NCBI GenBank assembly: GCA_040954595.2
Contig: CM082581.2
Span: 124,001-188,000, forward strand
From: Balanoglossus misakiensis
Lineage: Eukaryota; Animalia; Hemichordata
DNA: 64,000 nucleotides
Reading direction: 5' to 3'
Positions 36,601 to 49,959 of the stretch are shown piece by piece. The first letter of the stretch is position 1; the number at the start of each line of letters is the position of its first letter. The notes beneath the pieces were generated by a model that was given only the letters and a program-made list of their open reading frames with translations, was not told the origin of the DNA and did not search any database. The translations under genes and the position numbers were made by a program.

Positions 36601-39600
36601 ATGGCTACACCTATGCTCAGGAAACATGCAGTATTTGAATGCATCAGAGACAAAAGGTAAAAGAGACTGCGCTGTATACTTACATATCTCACACCTATCA
36701 CCTTTGTAGCAACCAGTACATATGCAGGTGAGATCAAAGCAGGAATTTCGAGCCGGTTGACAGAAGCCACCATTCTGGCACGGATTTGGTGGACACTGGT
36801 TGAGTCCTACAAGGAAAAGGGTCAAATTTTCCATGATCATCAATGTCATGTGATTATGAATGTATGTCAGTGGCTGAAAAAAATTCCCAGGGGTGAGTTT
36901 CCTACAAAAATTGTGATGTGACAAACCGACAAATTAGCATATTAGAATAATCAGAATAAATAAAAAACAGGTAGTTTAAAAGAACAAACACTTTGGAAAA
37001 GGAATAGAGCTAAGCTGCTGTCCCTTTCTAATTGTTACTCGTTCAAAAATCACCTGGCACATCACTCCAATTTTGTATCAGTTGCACTGGCTACCTGTTA
37101 CAGAGCGTATTGTTTTTAAGATGTTAGTTCTCATTTTTAAATCCATTCATAAACTTGGTCCAATCTATGTTTCTAGCATGACTAATCTATATGTTCCGTG
37201 TCGCAATTTGAGGTCAGCTGATCAGTTCAAACTCTGCCCTGTTCGATCACGCACCAAGAGTTATGGTGATCGTGCTTTTACTGTTGCTGCTCCAATTCTT
37301 TGGAATAATCTTCCACTCACCATTCGCCAGGCACCAGACTTATCTGTTTTTAAATCAAATGTTAAAACTTTACTTTTTAAATCTGTTTTTTAGCCATTTG
37401 TTGTATTGTACTTTTGCTTTAAGCGTCATTGATCACATTTTTTGTGGATACTGACGCTATACAAATAAATTATTATTATTATTATTATTATTTCTATTTT
37501 TGTGTTTGTACAACATCAGTGAAGTTTAAATCATAATAAAAAAAAATGATAATTATCATTATTAACTGCTATAGATTCAAACTTACTTGTCTCACACCTG
37601 TTTCCCTAGTAACACTCTGTGCACATGCCAATGGTGGCAGTACAAGAATTTGCCTGTTGTTGGCAGGTACCTCCATTGAGACAAGGACTAGTGAAGCATG
37701 GATTAGGAACTGGAAGACAGGAATTCAAAATTTTATAAAACAGTTACCTATGGTAACACCAGTACACGTTCATTATTTCTCTGTTATGTTTTTATACTGG
37801 TGATTTTACTGTTTTTATTACCGATCATATGACTGACTTAAAGATGATGATGATGATGATAATGACTACACCTGCTATTATTACTACAATGTACCTCAGC
37901 ACTTAGATTTTTTAATAAATGACAAAGTACTGTACTCACGTGTTTCACATGTGAAGCCCAGGTAGCAGCCAGCACATAGACATGTGACGCCTGTACAAGA
38001 TCCCTGGATTGCTTGGCAAGTACCAGCATTCCGGCATGGGTTAAGGTTTGTGTTCGCACGGATTCATTGCTGCAAATGTACACAATATTTACAAAATAAA
38101 ACAGTATACAACTGTAAGTATTTATAATCATCAATTGTGAATATCACACCAATCAAGGCCTTTTAATGCACCCTGATTGCTGAGAGCTGAAATACGTGAA
38201 CCAACGTGTATTTGTTTTCACTACTATATCACATGACATTCTGCATCTCTTTTCCATAGTTGGAGTCTGCACCCAACATTGTATTCCGGGGTAGCACTAC
38301 CCGGAACCCCGAAACTTTTTCGTCATCATCCGAGTACTTTTCCCAGCATGCAGTTGCCAAGAAGGCTGCACAGGGAGTTTTTAATTTTGCACTGGTATAC
38401 AATTTTTTTATTCGTCAATTTCACAGACACGTGTATTGCACATCAAAATTTTGCGTCAGAAGTGAGGACAACTTAACTAGGTACCAATGCAATGTGGTTT
38501 TAGGCGGATTTGAACTTTTCCTTTAATGTAACAGTTGTATTGACATGCGATTATCATACTGAACATGAAGCAATCTCAAAATTGCTAAAAATAAAATAAT
38601 TCAGAACATTTAGATTCTACAATGGTGAAAAAATATGACAAACCTTCCAAAATTCTTATTTTTGAGGCCATTTTACAAAAATCTACGAGCCTGGCAAAAT
38701 CTGAAAGAGGTGCTAGATAAAGGGCGCTTTTTCAAAACTCTAGATGGTTGACCCCCAATTTTTATTCCATAGATTAAATGTTTAGAGGTCATAGTATCAT
38801 CAGTATTAATTTTAACATGATCAGACGACCCTTTATTTCGAGGTGCCCAACACCTTAAATATGTTTTTACGACTAAGACGACTACAAACCTGGTAGAAGG
38901 GGAGTACATGTTGTTGATGGTCCCAGAGAGTAGGTTCTTGATGTGCAGGCAAGTGGGTGATGTTGCTGCACACTGACAGCCTGGATCGCAAGGGGTACAG
39001 GATACTTCTGTGGCTGTGTCAGCATAATAACTTGATGGACAAGGAATGGGGCTGTCTGACCCATCTGGACAGTAGTTACCTACGCCGCAATCAGCACATG
39101 TCATGTCTGTAGAATAACAGCAGCTTGTGTAGTGAGTGTTTTGCCGATATGACAGAGTTCAAGTATGCTTATTTGGTTAAATTTTAAAAGGAATATCACC
39201 CGCTGTTTTAGAGTTAATATTGCGAAAGGGACTTCATAAGTTGTCTGAAAACACCAGTTTCCCCAATTTTCACTAATGTATAGGAATACATGAGAAGTCG
39301 GCCAGATTAGAAGTCAGCCACTACGCGCGTATGAGAAGTCGGCCAGTTGTTGAACTTGTACCCGAATAGTGCAGTGATGACCCAGATTACTTATAACAAC
39401 ACTTAATAAAATATAATTGCACTAGATATTTTCATTTGGACGGATTTCCCAAATTCTTGACAACACAATGGCGTCATTTCAAATAATGGCGTCTGGCATC
39501 CGTACCAGTTCCCCATCCCCGTATCCGCGTAAGGAGCTTAGGTTGTTCGCCAAATTCCTGTGACATTTCTGATTAAAGGGAGTTGTTTCAAAGCCTACTA

Positions 39601-40808
39601 AAATACATAGAAGATGTATGTGTATATTCATACTTTCTGAGACAACACCAAACAAACAAACAAACAAACGTGACAAGGAACAGACTACTGGCGCAGCTCA
39701 AGAAGTGCAGGTGACTGATGTTGACGTACCCCGGTGACGTACATGAAAAGTGAACAGACAGTTTTAAAATTCATCGGCTATTTGTACAAATATCTCAGCT
39801 CCTGTACATCAAGGAAACATTTCGTAGTGAAACAGTTATATATAACACAAAGTACCAGGGTTCTCTCCCACAGGCCGACTTCTCGTACTGGCCGATACCG
39901 ACTTCTCATACTGGTCGACTTCTCAGGACACCATGTATAGCATAGCTGTTGAACTAAAAAAATATGTAAAACTACAAGTGATGTAAACAACTTGTGGAAC
40001 CATGTTCAAATCGAGACCAGAAGAAAAGAGATTTCAAGACTTACCTCCTTCAACACTTTACTTCCCTGTAGCGCACTGTGTGACATTTGTAGTTGTGCAT
40101 TCATAACCAGAAGGACTTGGCCGAACCTAGCGAGTATGAACCTATCACAGAAAAAATTCAAAGAACGATTGGTTTGGTCCAACGATCCCTTATTAGAGAG
40201 ATGTCCGTAATCACAGGTGTTACTGTACAATACCTCTTCAGTGGAATCATTGTGTTTTTCAAAGTGCATCACAATATCAACTCCAATGAGCATAACAGTT
40301 TAATTTTCTGTGTATGTCATGCTATAACACAGGGAAGTCATAAGAGTAATTTGCAGCCCAACTTACCAGTAACTGTTGAACAATCAACTACGGGTGACAT
40401 GGTTGGACACTTGGATCCTGCTGGACAAGGCGTGCATGTGCCGTCGCCTTCCATAGCATATTCACCATTGCCACAGTCAAGCGGATCTTACATTGGATCT
40501 GAACACGATTGTCCAGCAGGGCACAGAAGACGGGATGTGCGTGCAGGCTCCTCACTTATTTCATCTGATTAAAGAAAATGAGGTTTTTAGTGAAGTATTT
40601 GTGATACAGTGTCATTTAAAATAACAAATTACTTGAGATGATTCACTTCATAATTCTGAGACAAGTATACGGGCATGTAGAAAATTCTTTGGAGGACATT
40701 AAACGTCATTTCTAATCAACCATTTTCTGAATATCATAAGACTCTGCGAGATCTCACATGGCTAACCGGGTCTCGCAAGATTTCGCACTGAGTTGATAAT
40801 CTGTTGTA

Positions 40809-40840
<32 letters not shown>

Positions 40841-41466
40841 TAACCCCAGTCGCACTGACTTGAAAATCTGTTGTAAACACATACATGCATACACACATAC
40901 CACTCAGTTTCATCACACAGCAAACTGAACAAGTACCACAATCTTACCATTTGTACATCTGGTACAGTTTGTTGCACCAGCCAATGACACGTAACCCTTG
41001 GTACACTTGAATTGCGATGCACTGGGATCTGTGCAGGCGTACCCTTGCTCACAAATAGTACACTGTTCAGCACCGGCTGATCTGTAAATCAAACAAAGAA
41101 TATACACACCAAGTTAACCTTTGAATACCACTGTAAAAAATTGGCGCAAATTTTAATTATTTTCATAAATAGAGGTCTATTCAAATTTGGAAAAATTGTC
41201 ATTTTTTCATTCATATATTATATCAGTAAATTTTAAATACAGAAATGGAAAATGTTCCCATCCTATTTTTCAGTTAGTAAATTACCTGACCTAATGTTTG
41301 ATGTTGGAAATAAAGGTTGGTGGGTAGAAGTTTACCTGTTATGCAAGAGGTACAGCGAGACATCCTTTGTCCAAGGCCGAACTGTAATAACCAGCCGAGC
41401 ATAAAATCACAGTGTTACCATTTGGACATTGGTTACCAGCTGGGCAATCAGCACATGATGTTTGTG
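30384..41466 (-). pseudogene. Cys-rich/8-Cys EGF pseudogene fragment, copy C
   Basis: Same exons. Has an extra TAG and a C>Y change in the exon near 32387-32509, and a MITE inside the exon at 33599-34098. Confidence 0.85.
33639..34013. mobile_element. 375-bp non-autonomous DNA transposon with 8-bp TSD (hAT- or Zisupton-like), private to copy 3
   Basis: TSD GGACAAGT at 33631-33638 and 34014-34021; imperfect TIRs CATTCTCGCAAGCC / CATCGTCGTAAAACC; empty site in copies 1 and 4. Confidence 0.88.
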
Positions 41467-44308
41467 CTGAAAATAAACAGAGATTTATAGAATCTTATAG
41501 TCACAGTCATACCTTCAAAGACGTGGGATTCTCACGCGGGTTGGGGACACAAAAATCCCTGGCAAAAGATTGAGGACAGGAAAATGCCAAACCAGAGATA
41601 TTGGTAACAGAAACTGTATACAGTCAATGCCATATGGCAGTGTGCTGTTCTAACAACAGACAAGAATGTGACGATCATAGTCTGTGTCGGAGATTTGGAA
41701 AAGAGCAAATTCGGTGAAAAGACGGGACAAAACAAAAGTCTACTTATACGATGCACATGAAAACTTGATGAAAGCGAAGCAGTCCACTATTTGAATGCAT
41801 TGGATGTAAAATTGGCAGAATATTTGGACTGGACGTAATGTTTGTATGGGGTGCCATGTGTTAACTTATTATTTAGCTAAATTATTTGTTCAAAAGTCGT
41901 TATTTAACATACTTATATGTATGTAATTATAGATTTGCAAACCATTTAAGTCCTGACAATTTATTTATAAATAATTTCAAGTCGATTCAATTATATACAT
42001 AAAATGTATTTTATGCTCTTTTATTTATATATAATAAATTATTTATAAACAATGTCAGTGTCAGTCTATTATATATATATCATGAGTGATGTACATAATT
42101 ATTTATATATAATTAATTATTTATAAATAAAAAAAATTTAAGTGTATTATATATATATCATGAGTGATTTATAAATAATTTAAGTGCAAGTCTATTATAT
42201 ATATATCATGAGTGATTTACATTATATAATGAATTATATATAAATAAGTGATTTCTAAACCATGAAAAAATGCACTCGCGCCGTTTGTCAACTTATTATT
42301 TAACGCAAACTCATTATTTAACGCAAACTCATTATTTAAGGCCTGTTCACACGACCCCTTGCATTTGGATCATTACGCACACATATAGTCCCCACACGTG
42401 AACAAGAAATGCACATTACGTGCGGTCATTTCATTTTTATTATACTCCTTTCAAAGGTTAGATGAAACACCGAAAAAGGTATCAACTAGTTAGTGATTTT
42501 AGCCCGTGATTGCAATGTTTGATTGAAACGCGAAAAGCTGATCGATAGCTCTACATTGTGGTCTCCGAGGTCAAAGGTTGGCCGGTCATGACAATGCCAT
42601 TATTAAAATAGGGGCCAGTCTTCAAGACGTGACTCTACCAGCCTCCAGACCAGGAACTGGCGACCCGCCGTTTGTTTCCAACGCCAAATTTGATTCTAAT
42701 GTTGAATTTACGAGAAAACAATTTATCTGACCTGTAGTTTTTTGGCTCACTTACGTTTTGATGACTGGCCCCTATTTTAATAATGGTACCACATGACTCA
42801 GTATGTCCAGCTAAAGGCAAGTCATGCAGGAAGTGTGGCAAACCTAACCATTTAGCCAAATGCTACCATTCAAAAGGCAAGGCAAATAGGGTAGACAAGG
42901 ATAAAACTGTCAAAGCTGTGCATAAAGTGGAAGACAGCTCGGGAGATGAATACTGCTTCACTGTACAACAATCAAATGGCAGGAGGCCTCGAGTAACAGT
43001 GCAGATAGAACAAACAGCAGTTGCCTCACTGATCGACCCTGGTTCTACAATAAACATGATGGGTGTAAACACATACAACAACCTAAAGAACAAACCCATG
43101 TGGCAAACAGAAAGCCCGTTTTACCACTGCCAGCAGTGCATTATTGAGTATTTTAGCATCGCTGGATTTAGCTCTCGTCCAATCAGAGTTGCGGACGGTA
43201 GCATGATATACTAGTAATATAATTGAGAATAAATCTCGCGACAAGTGTACAGTTTGACAATGTACACAGATAATCCGTTTCAACAATGTTTCCTTTGTAG
43301 TGTGAATAAAACTGCACACTTTGCAAGTTTTCAACTTCAAAACACTATGGCTATTACAGAGACAAAGCTGCTAATATACAGTGTATACCTGTCATTTTTG
43401 TTTGTGGTGAGATTTTCATTGGCACAGTCGCACAGAGCTCACACAAGAGGAAATTACACTTTCTGTTGAATTCACTGCATACTGCTAACTTTAAGTCATA
43501 TATCCACTGAAACATTAAGTTATAGAATTTTCCATCGCAGTATTCTGTTTTATATACATGTATAGCAGTCCCACACATATTGATTAATTTGACAAAAGAA
43601 ACTGACTGACAATTTTCACAGCGCTCCCAGTAAAGCATCCTTGGCAGGTGCACGTCAATGCCACACACGAGGTTAGGGTTGGCAAGTGCTACCATTTTGA
43701 CATGGGTTGTTAGCACTAATCAATTCCTACGCATGACAGAAAAATGAAGAATTAGGCTATGGGCCGGAACTGCCTATCGTTTCAAAATGCACTCTGTATA
43801 TTAGGGTCTATTTCTTTTACATAAAAGACAAGTCTTCTTGCTCTAATATGATAAAATAAAAAAACTTCAACTTAAATATTGCGTCCTCAGAGGTAATATC
43901 GAGCCCTAAAAATCAGGTATGCTAATGCGGTTAAAGGTCGTGCAGTTCTCCTTATAACAATCGTTCGATTGGTGGTTACGTGACTGCATCAATCACAGAA
44001 TGCGTTATGTCACTCAGCAATTACACACACAGGGCAAACTATCAGGCAGCTACATGTACACTAGTATACATGTTACAGAAGATTAAACAGAATTTTTGGT
44101 AAGGAAAGTTTGAGCAGACTAGTCCATTCAATGTAAAAAATGGTGCTGATTCCAAAAAAGTCAGTCTTATTGACCCCTTTGAAGACAAAATTGCCATTTT
44201 TGCCACTTTTAACCCAAAAGGTCATTAAAAAAACCCACTCAAAACACACTGTTTTCATCACATTCGGAGATCTGATGACATTTGAGGATTATGCGGAAAC
44301 AGTGACAC

Positions 44309-44805
44309 CACTACTTAAGAGATTGCACTGGCTTCCTATACAGAAACGGATTGATTTTAAAATTCTTTGTTTAACCTACAAAGTTTTAAATAATATGGCT
44401 CCGTCGTACCTGAAGGAGCTCATAAGTGTTCGTTCTTCTGTCCGTAACCTTCGTTCTACAACTGATTGTTCTTTTATTCTTGATCATCCCAAAGTTAACA
44501 CAGCCTTTTATGGTGACAGGTCATTCTCTACAGGAGCACCACGGTTGTGGAATAAGCTACCGGTTCCACTCCGTAGCAGTGAGAATTTTAATGTTTTTAA
44601 ATCTCGCCTTAAAACGTTTTTATTCAGGGAATGACTTTTTTATCCATTTTTTATCCATTTTTAACCATTGTCTATTTTTTTATGATACATTTTTAGCATT
44701 TTACTTGTCTTTGTATTTTTAAGCAGCGATGTACAGCGCTTTGGGATGTCTTTTTACATGGAAAGCGTTTTTTAAGAATTAAATATTATTATTATTATTA
44801 GAAGA
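44309..44805 (+). mobile_element. 5'-truncated L2-type LINE (second family), private to copy 3
   Basis: PLLKRLHWLPIQKRIDFK...GDRSFSTGAPRLWNKLP, 3' UTR and (TAT)n tail. The empty site GTGACAC/AGC/AGAATAAAA is seen in the other copies. Confidence 0.9.
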
Positions 44806-47800
44806 AGAATAAAAATTACAGGTGACATTTGCAAGCACTTATGATCTGACCATATAGAAATATGCAATGTAAAAACATTAACAAGGAACATGCCCAATAA
44901 ACTGTCATGTGTCATGGCAGTCTTACAAGTGGTGCTAGAATGTCTGTACACAAACACATATGCGAAGCAACTTCTTTCAGTCAGCCCTGGAACAGACACA
45001 CACTGACCTGCCACTGGTAATTAAAATGTGATAGCTGGTGGTCTCTGTAACAGCTGGCCTATTTAAGTTATGTAAACATGTCTTTGTTCGAGGTAACAAC
45101 TCCTTGTAAATAGTAACTTTAAAAACAACTGGACAATTTGTTTAGGAGAAGATTTGCTAACCAAAAACAAAGAAACTTACCAAAAAAACTCGCTAAATAT
45201 TTAATCTTTCTGATCTCAGAATTGAATAAAAGTTGCACATATACAGGTATGTGTTATGAAATTATATCCTAAATTTCAAAGCAATCAGAGAAAAAACTAA
45301 TTTCAAAGCAATCCAACAAGCAGTTTCACAGAAAATATTTGTTCAAAAGTGGCAAAAACACAAATATGCAAATATCACCAAAATTGTACAATATCTTACT
45401 TCAATCACTACAAGGAACATGCTGCCTAAGTTCAATGCAATAGGACAAGCGGTTTCAGTGAAAACAATTTTTGACAAAAATTGCAAAAGTTTCCCCGATA
45501 ACACATTTATGCAAATATCACATTTTTTACAACATATTATTTAGGTTACCCCTACGAACATGCCTACCAAATTGCAAAGCAATCTGGCATGAGGTTTTAA
45601 AGAAAAACATTTTTTGACCAAAAATGGCAAATAATGCTCAAAATTATAGATATGCAAATTTTGCAACAATTTGAACAAAACTATGGTTACTTAGACAACA
45701 TTAGGAGGCTTCATACTAAATTTCAAAGACTTTTACCAATAACATGGAAAAATACAAAAAAATGCAAAAAAAATAGGAAATCGATAATATTAGCTCAAAA
45801 CATACAGGGTTGTATGAGGTTGATATAAGGTACATGCATACCATTTTTCAAATCAATATGACCAGTGGTTGTCCAGTTTTTGAGTTTTGACCAATTTCAC
45901 ATTTTCCCAGCTAATTTGCATATTTTTGGCAATGACATCTTCATTTGAACAAACTCCCATCTACAGCCCTGCCTGCATCTACACGCCAAATATCGAGGTC
46001 ATACGCGCTGCGGTTTTCAAGTTTTTCATGTGGACGGACATACAGACATACATCCATCCATCCATCCATACATACAGACGTAACCAATCCCATAAGTTCC
46101 TATGGTACATACCAATGGGACCTAAAAACTTGTGACTTACATGTAACACATGTTTGCCCAGTGTAGCAGGTTGGACAGTTGCAGGTGTAGATTGAGCAGG
46201 AGCCTTGAAGTGGCTGATACACTCCGTTATTCAGACATGGGTTTAGAAGACACTGGTTGATCGCTAAGGGTGAGAGAAATGAAAAGTATCACATTAGGGT
46301 CTTACACACTTGAGTGGGAAGTGAAATCTGTAGCAGACTGTCAGAAGATTGCACATCCGTGTGATCATGTTCATGTGTGAAGGATAATGAAGACCACTTG
46401 ATCCAAGCTTGGTGCTACCATCTTTACCATAATTACTGAATCTTATAATATTTACTAGTTGGGGGTGGGTGGGGTGGGGGTGGGGGTAGTTGATGTCATA
46501 ACTTTCTGATGTTTCAATTTACGGTTGGAAAAATAGCAACATCTACACTGATGAGCATTTGAGTCAATGAAAGTATTCATCATGGCTACCGTAGTGCATA
46601 TAAGTCTCTTGGTTAGCTGCACAATCACAGGCAACTTTATTGAGACAATATCAATGACAAAGCCCAGCGATTTCTACTTTGTGCGGGAAATCTGACACTG
46701 GTTTGCTTACGTTCAGCGCACGTGGTTCCGATGAAACAGCGTGGACTCTGGCATCTGAACTCGGTGCAGGACACTTGCTGGCAGAATCCACTGTTTAGAC
46801 AAGGGTTGGGCTGACACAGATTCAAATCTGTGCACAGAAGAGAAAGTGATATAAATTGTGTACAGTTAATATTTACTACATATACTTTAAACAGATTTGT
46901 GCAGTCAGGGTTGAGTGGTAAAAATCTCAGTTGGTCAACAGAACATCACTGTGACAAATTTCTTCCATGTTCAACAAAAGAAACGTAATGAAATTTTGAC
47001 ACAGGTGTAATAGTGTCTTAGTGTACCATACGGTGCAGGTTGTTATTTGGTCAAATACACAATCCCCTTTTATGGCACACACATTCTTAATAAATTTCCC
47101 CAAAATTGTGTCGTTATTCACTGTTTGATACAGGTTGGAAGAAACCAACTGCAAGCCGATTATGTGTTATGTTATTATGTTCCTCTTCATCTGAAATTTA
47201 AAATCACTCACATGTCTGACATAAATCGCCGGAGTAACAGCTTGTACAGGAGCATGTGAATTCAGTACACCAATTGGGCGTCAGCACACAGTTTCCACCA
47301 TTCCGACACTGGATGGGTTGACACTGGTTGACAGCTGTGGGATGTGCAGTCAAGATATTGTCAAAATTACAGAATCTACAAACTACACTCCACAGTCATG
47401 TACATGTATACATGACAACAACCAAAGGGCTGTTTTGAAAAACCAAATGCTGTGAAATCCTTTAGAGTGTGACAAGAAACCACAGTTGCAACCGAAAACA
47501 AAAATAGTGATAACATTAAGCTAGCCCAAAGTTTGAGTTACCAGGGCTTTAATATGTGTACCGTACTTATATTATATAATATATAACAAGTGTTTTGCAT
47601 TGAATAAAATAATATTGGTTAGTACTTACGCATTGTACATGTGGCACCAGTGAAGCATTCGGTACACATACAGTCAAACAGGAAACAGCCGTCTCACGCA
47701 ACGCATGTGCCACCATTTTGACAAGGCATAGGGTATAACTGATCAATGGCTGCCAAAACAAAAAGGAAAGTATCAATTACCTGCTTGTCAAAAACTTGTA

Positions 47801-49959
47801 CATGTACTTGTGATGTTCATTTCGTTTAAATATGTGAGCAATGTCTTCATTCCTTGTTTCAAACCTTTACATTTAAAATAACATAATGATGCTATTGCTA
47901 GGATTTTTCTGTAAGAATCTTGAAAAATTAAAAAAATGTGCCATCAACATGATACAGAAGGCTTTCCTTTTTAACATGCACCTCACACTCAATTTTGACC
48001 CTACATCAGCAAATTTTGAAAGGATGAAACTTAGTAATGCTTCCACCCCATTTATTGGTGTATGGGTCCATCTATCACATTGAGAATACCAAAAATGAGG
48101 GTTTATATACCACGCTGTGTCATAAAACAGTAATTCGACACACCTACGGCACAGATGGCCCCAGTCCAACACTACTGGCAGTAACAGGTGTAGTCAGTAT
48201 AAGAATTTGGTGTTTTGGAACAATAGCCTCCATTTTGACACGGATTCTGATCACATGGGTTAATGACAATCAGAAAAAAAAATAGTTTAAAACACATGAA
48301 ATGCAGATGGCTACACCTCAACCAAAGATGATTCCTGCACCACAACAAAATCCTTTGACACAAGCATTATACTGGAACCATACCCAGAACACGCATTAAG
48401 TATATGATGAAGGGACAATGTCTCTATTTTGGGTAATACAGTAAAACCTGTCTTTATGGACACCTCTCTAATCAGAACACCTAGTAAGATTGATTTTTCA
48501 AGCCAAATAGTAAGGATAATTAAGGACGTCTCTTTTACTTAATACTAAGAGGTGTGCACCACCTTAGGAGAGATTACCTCACATGCACAATTATCTCTAC
48601 AGACACTAGTCTTCAAGAGGCAACTCTTGTATATTTGAGTGATGAAAACATCCAACTTCGTACACTTCCTCACAAGTTCGTGCCTATCCTAAATTGCACG
48701 GACATACAAATGAAATTTCTGTTTCCTTTTCCTTTCTTTTCTCTTGGGGAAATTTTGGAAATGAGAAGTTACCACACAATTCAATTGCCATGAAGAGAAA
48801 GTGCCCAAAAGATTGTCATTTACGGTACGTCAGAAACTTACATATTTCACAACGGTTACCCTCATAGCAACCAGTACAGGCACAGGTATATGCCGTGCAG
48901 GAGTTGGCCACTGCATTACATACAGCCCCGTTGAGACAGCTGTTTCGCTGGCCTGGATCTTGGACTGCAATAAAAAGTGCAACCTAATGTTATCTCAGCA
49001 ATATTTACTTTCAAAATCTGTTTGATGAAAACATCATCATTACCATTACTGTAAATACTGAACGGAACTTCACTTCCAAAAACAACTTGCTCATTCTGGG
49101 ACGCACTTATGGGGCTATGAAAATCTCTGTATATGTATCTTGTGTAGGGAAAATTTTCATGAACGATCAACAGTTATTTCTTCAAATAAACATGTTTTCT
49201 TTCAGCTGTACATCATTTTTGAGGTGACCGATTCCCAAGGACCAAGGTGTGATGCTGAAGATGAAAATATAAAGTATGACCAACAGACAATGTATTGAGA
49301 CATGATTGTAAATGTTAGTTCCTGCATGACAAATGTTTGTTTTAATGAGTTTTACACTGGCTGCAGTGTGTGCCGGTGAAACATCCTGGACAAGTACACT
49401 CATAAGTTGTACAAGACAGCTGAGTACACCGCCCATTGTTCAGGCATGGACTTGGCCTACATGGAGTTTGTTCTGTTTCAATGGCATGAAAAAAAAATAG
49501 TAGTGACATAAGTTTTTTAGGGTATGACCATTTCCCTAATTCCTACAGCTGTGGTTCTATCGGGTTCTCCTATAACTGAGCCTCCTAAATGTATAACTGA
49601 ACAATAAGAAGTCAAGGGTGCCCTGACACCCAACTTTTAAGAGCAGTTCATTTACTGAAACTGCCAGCACCCAATATTATCCCACATGTAATCCATATGT
49701 GGAATTATATTATACCAGTATATTGATGGTGTAAATCACGCTATTTGATTGGTCGAGACACGACACGTGACCGTGATATATTAGCCATATACCACAGTCA
49801 TATATCATAGTCAAAGAAAATGCCTTTTTAAAATGTTTTATGCAAAGTTTCAATATACTGGCATAATATAATAGCAATAAAACACCCCCAGCCATGGTAT
49901 ACCACTCAATTTTGACCAGTTCAACTCCATATACGCACTCGCTATCGCTCGTGCGTATA

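Larger units (their letters stand above)
30652..46408. repeat. Tandem macro-repeat unit, copy 3 (15757 bp; two private insertions)
   Basis: Near-identical to copy 1, with offsets 30651/30652/31035/29554/29562/30038. Confidence 0.97.
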
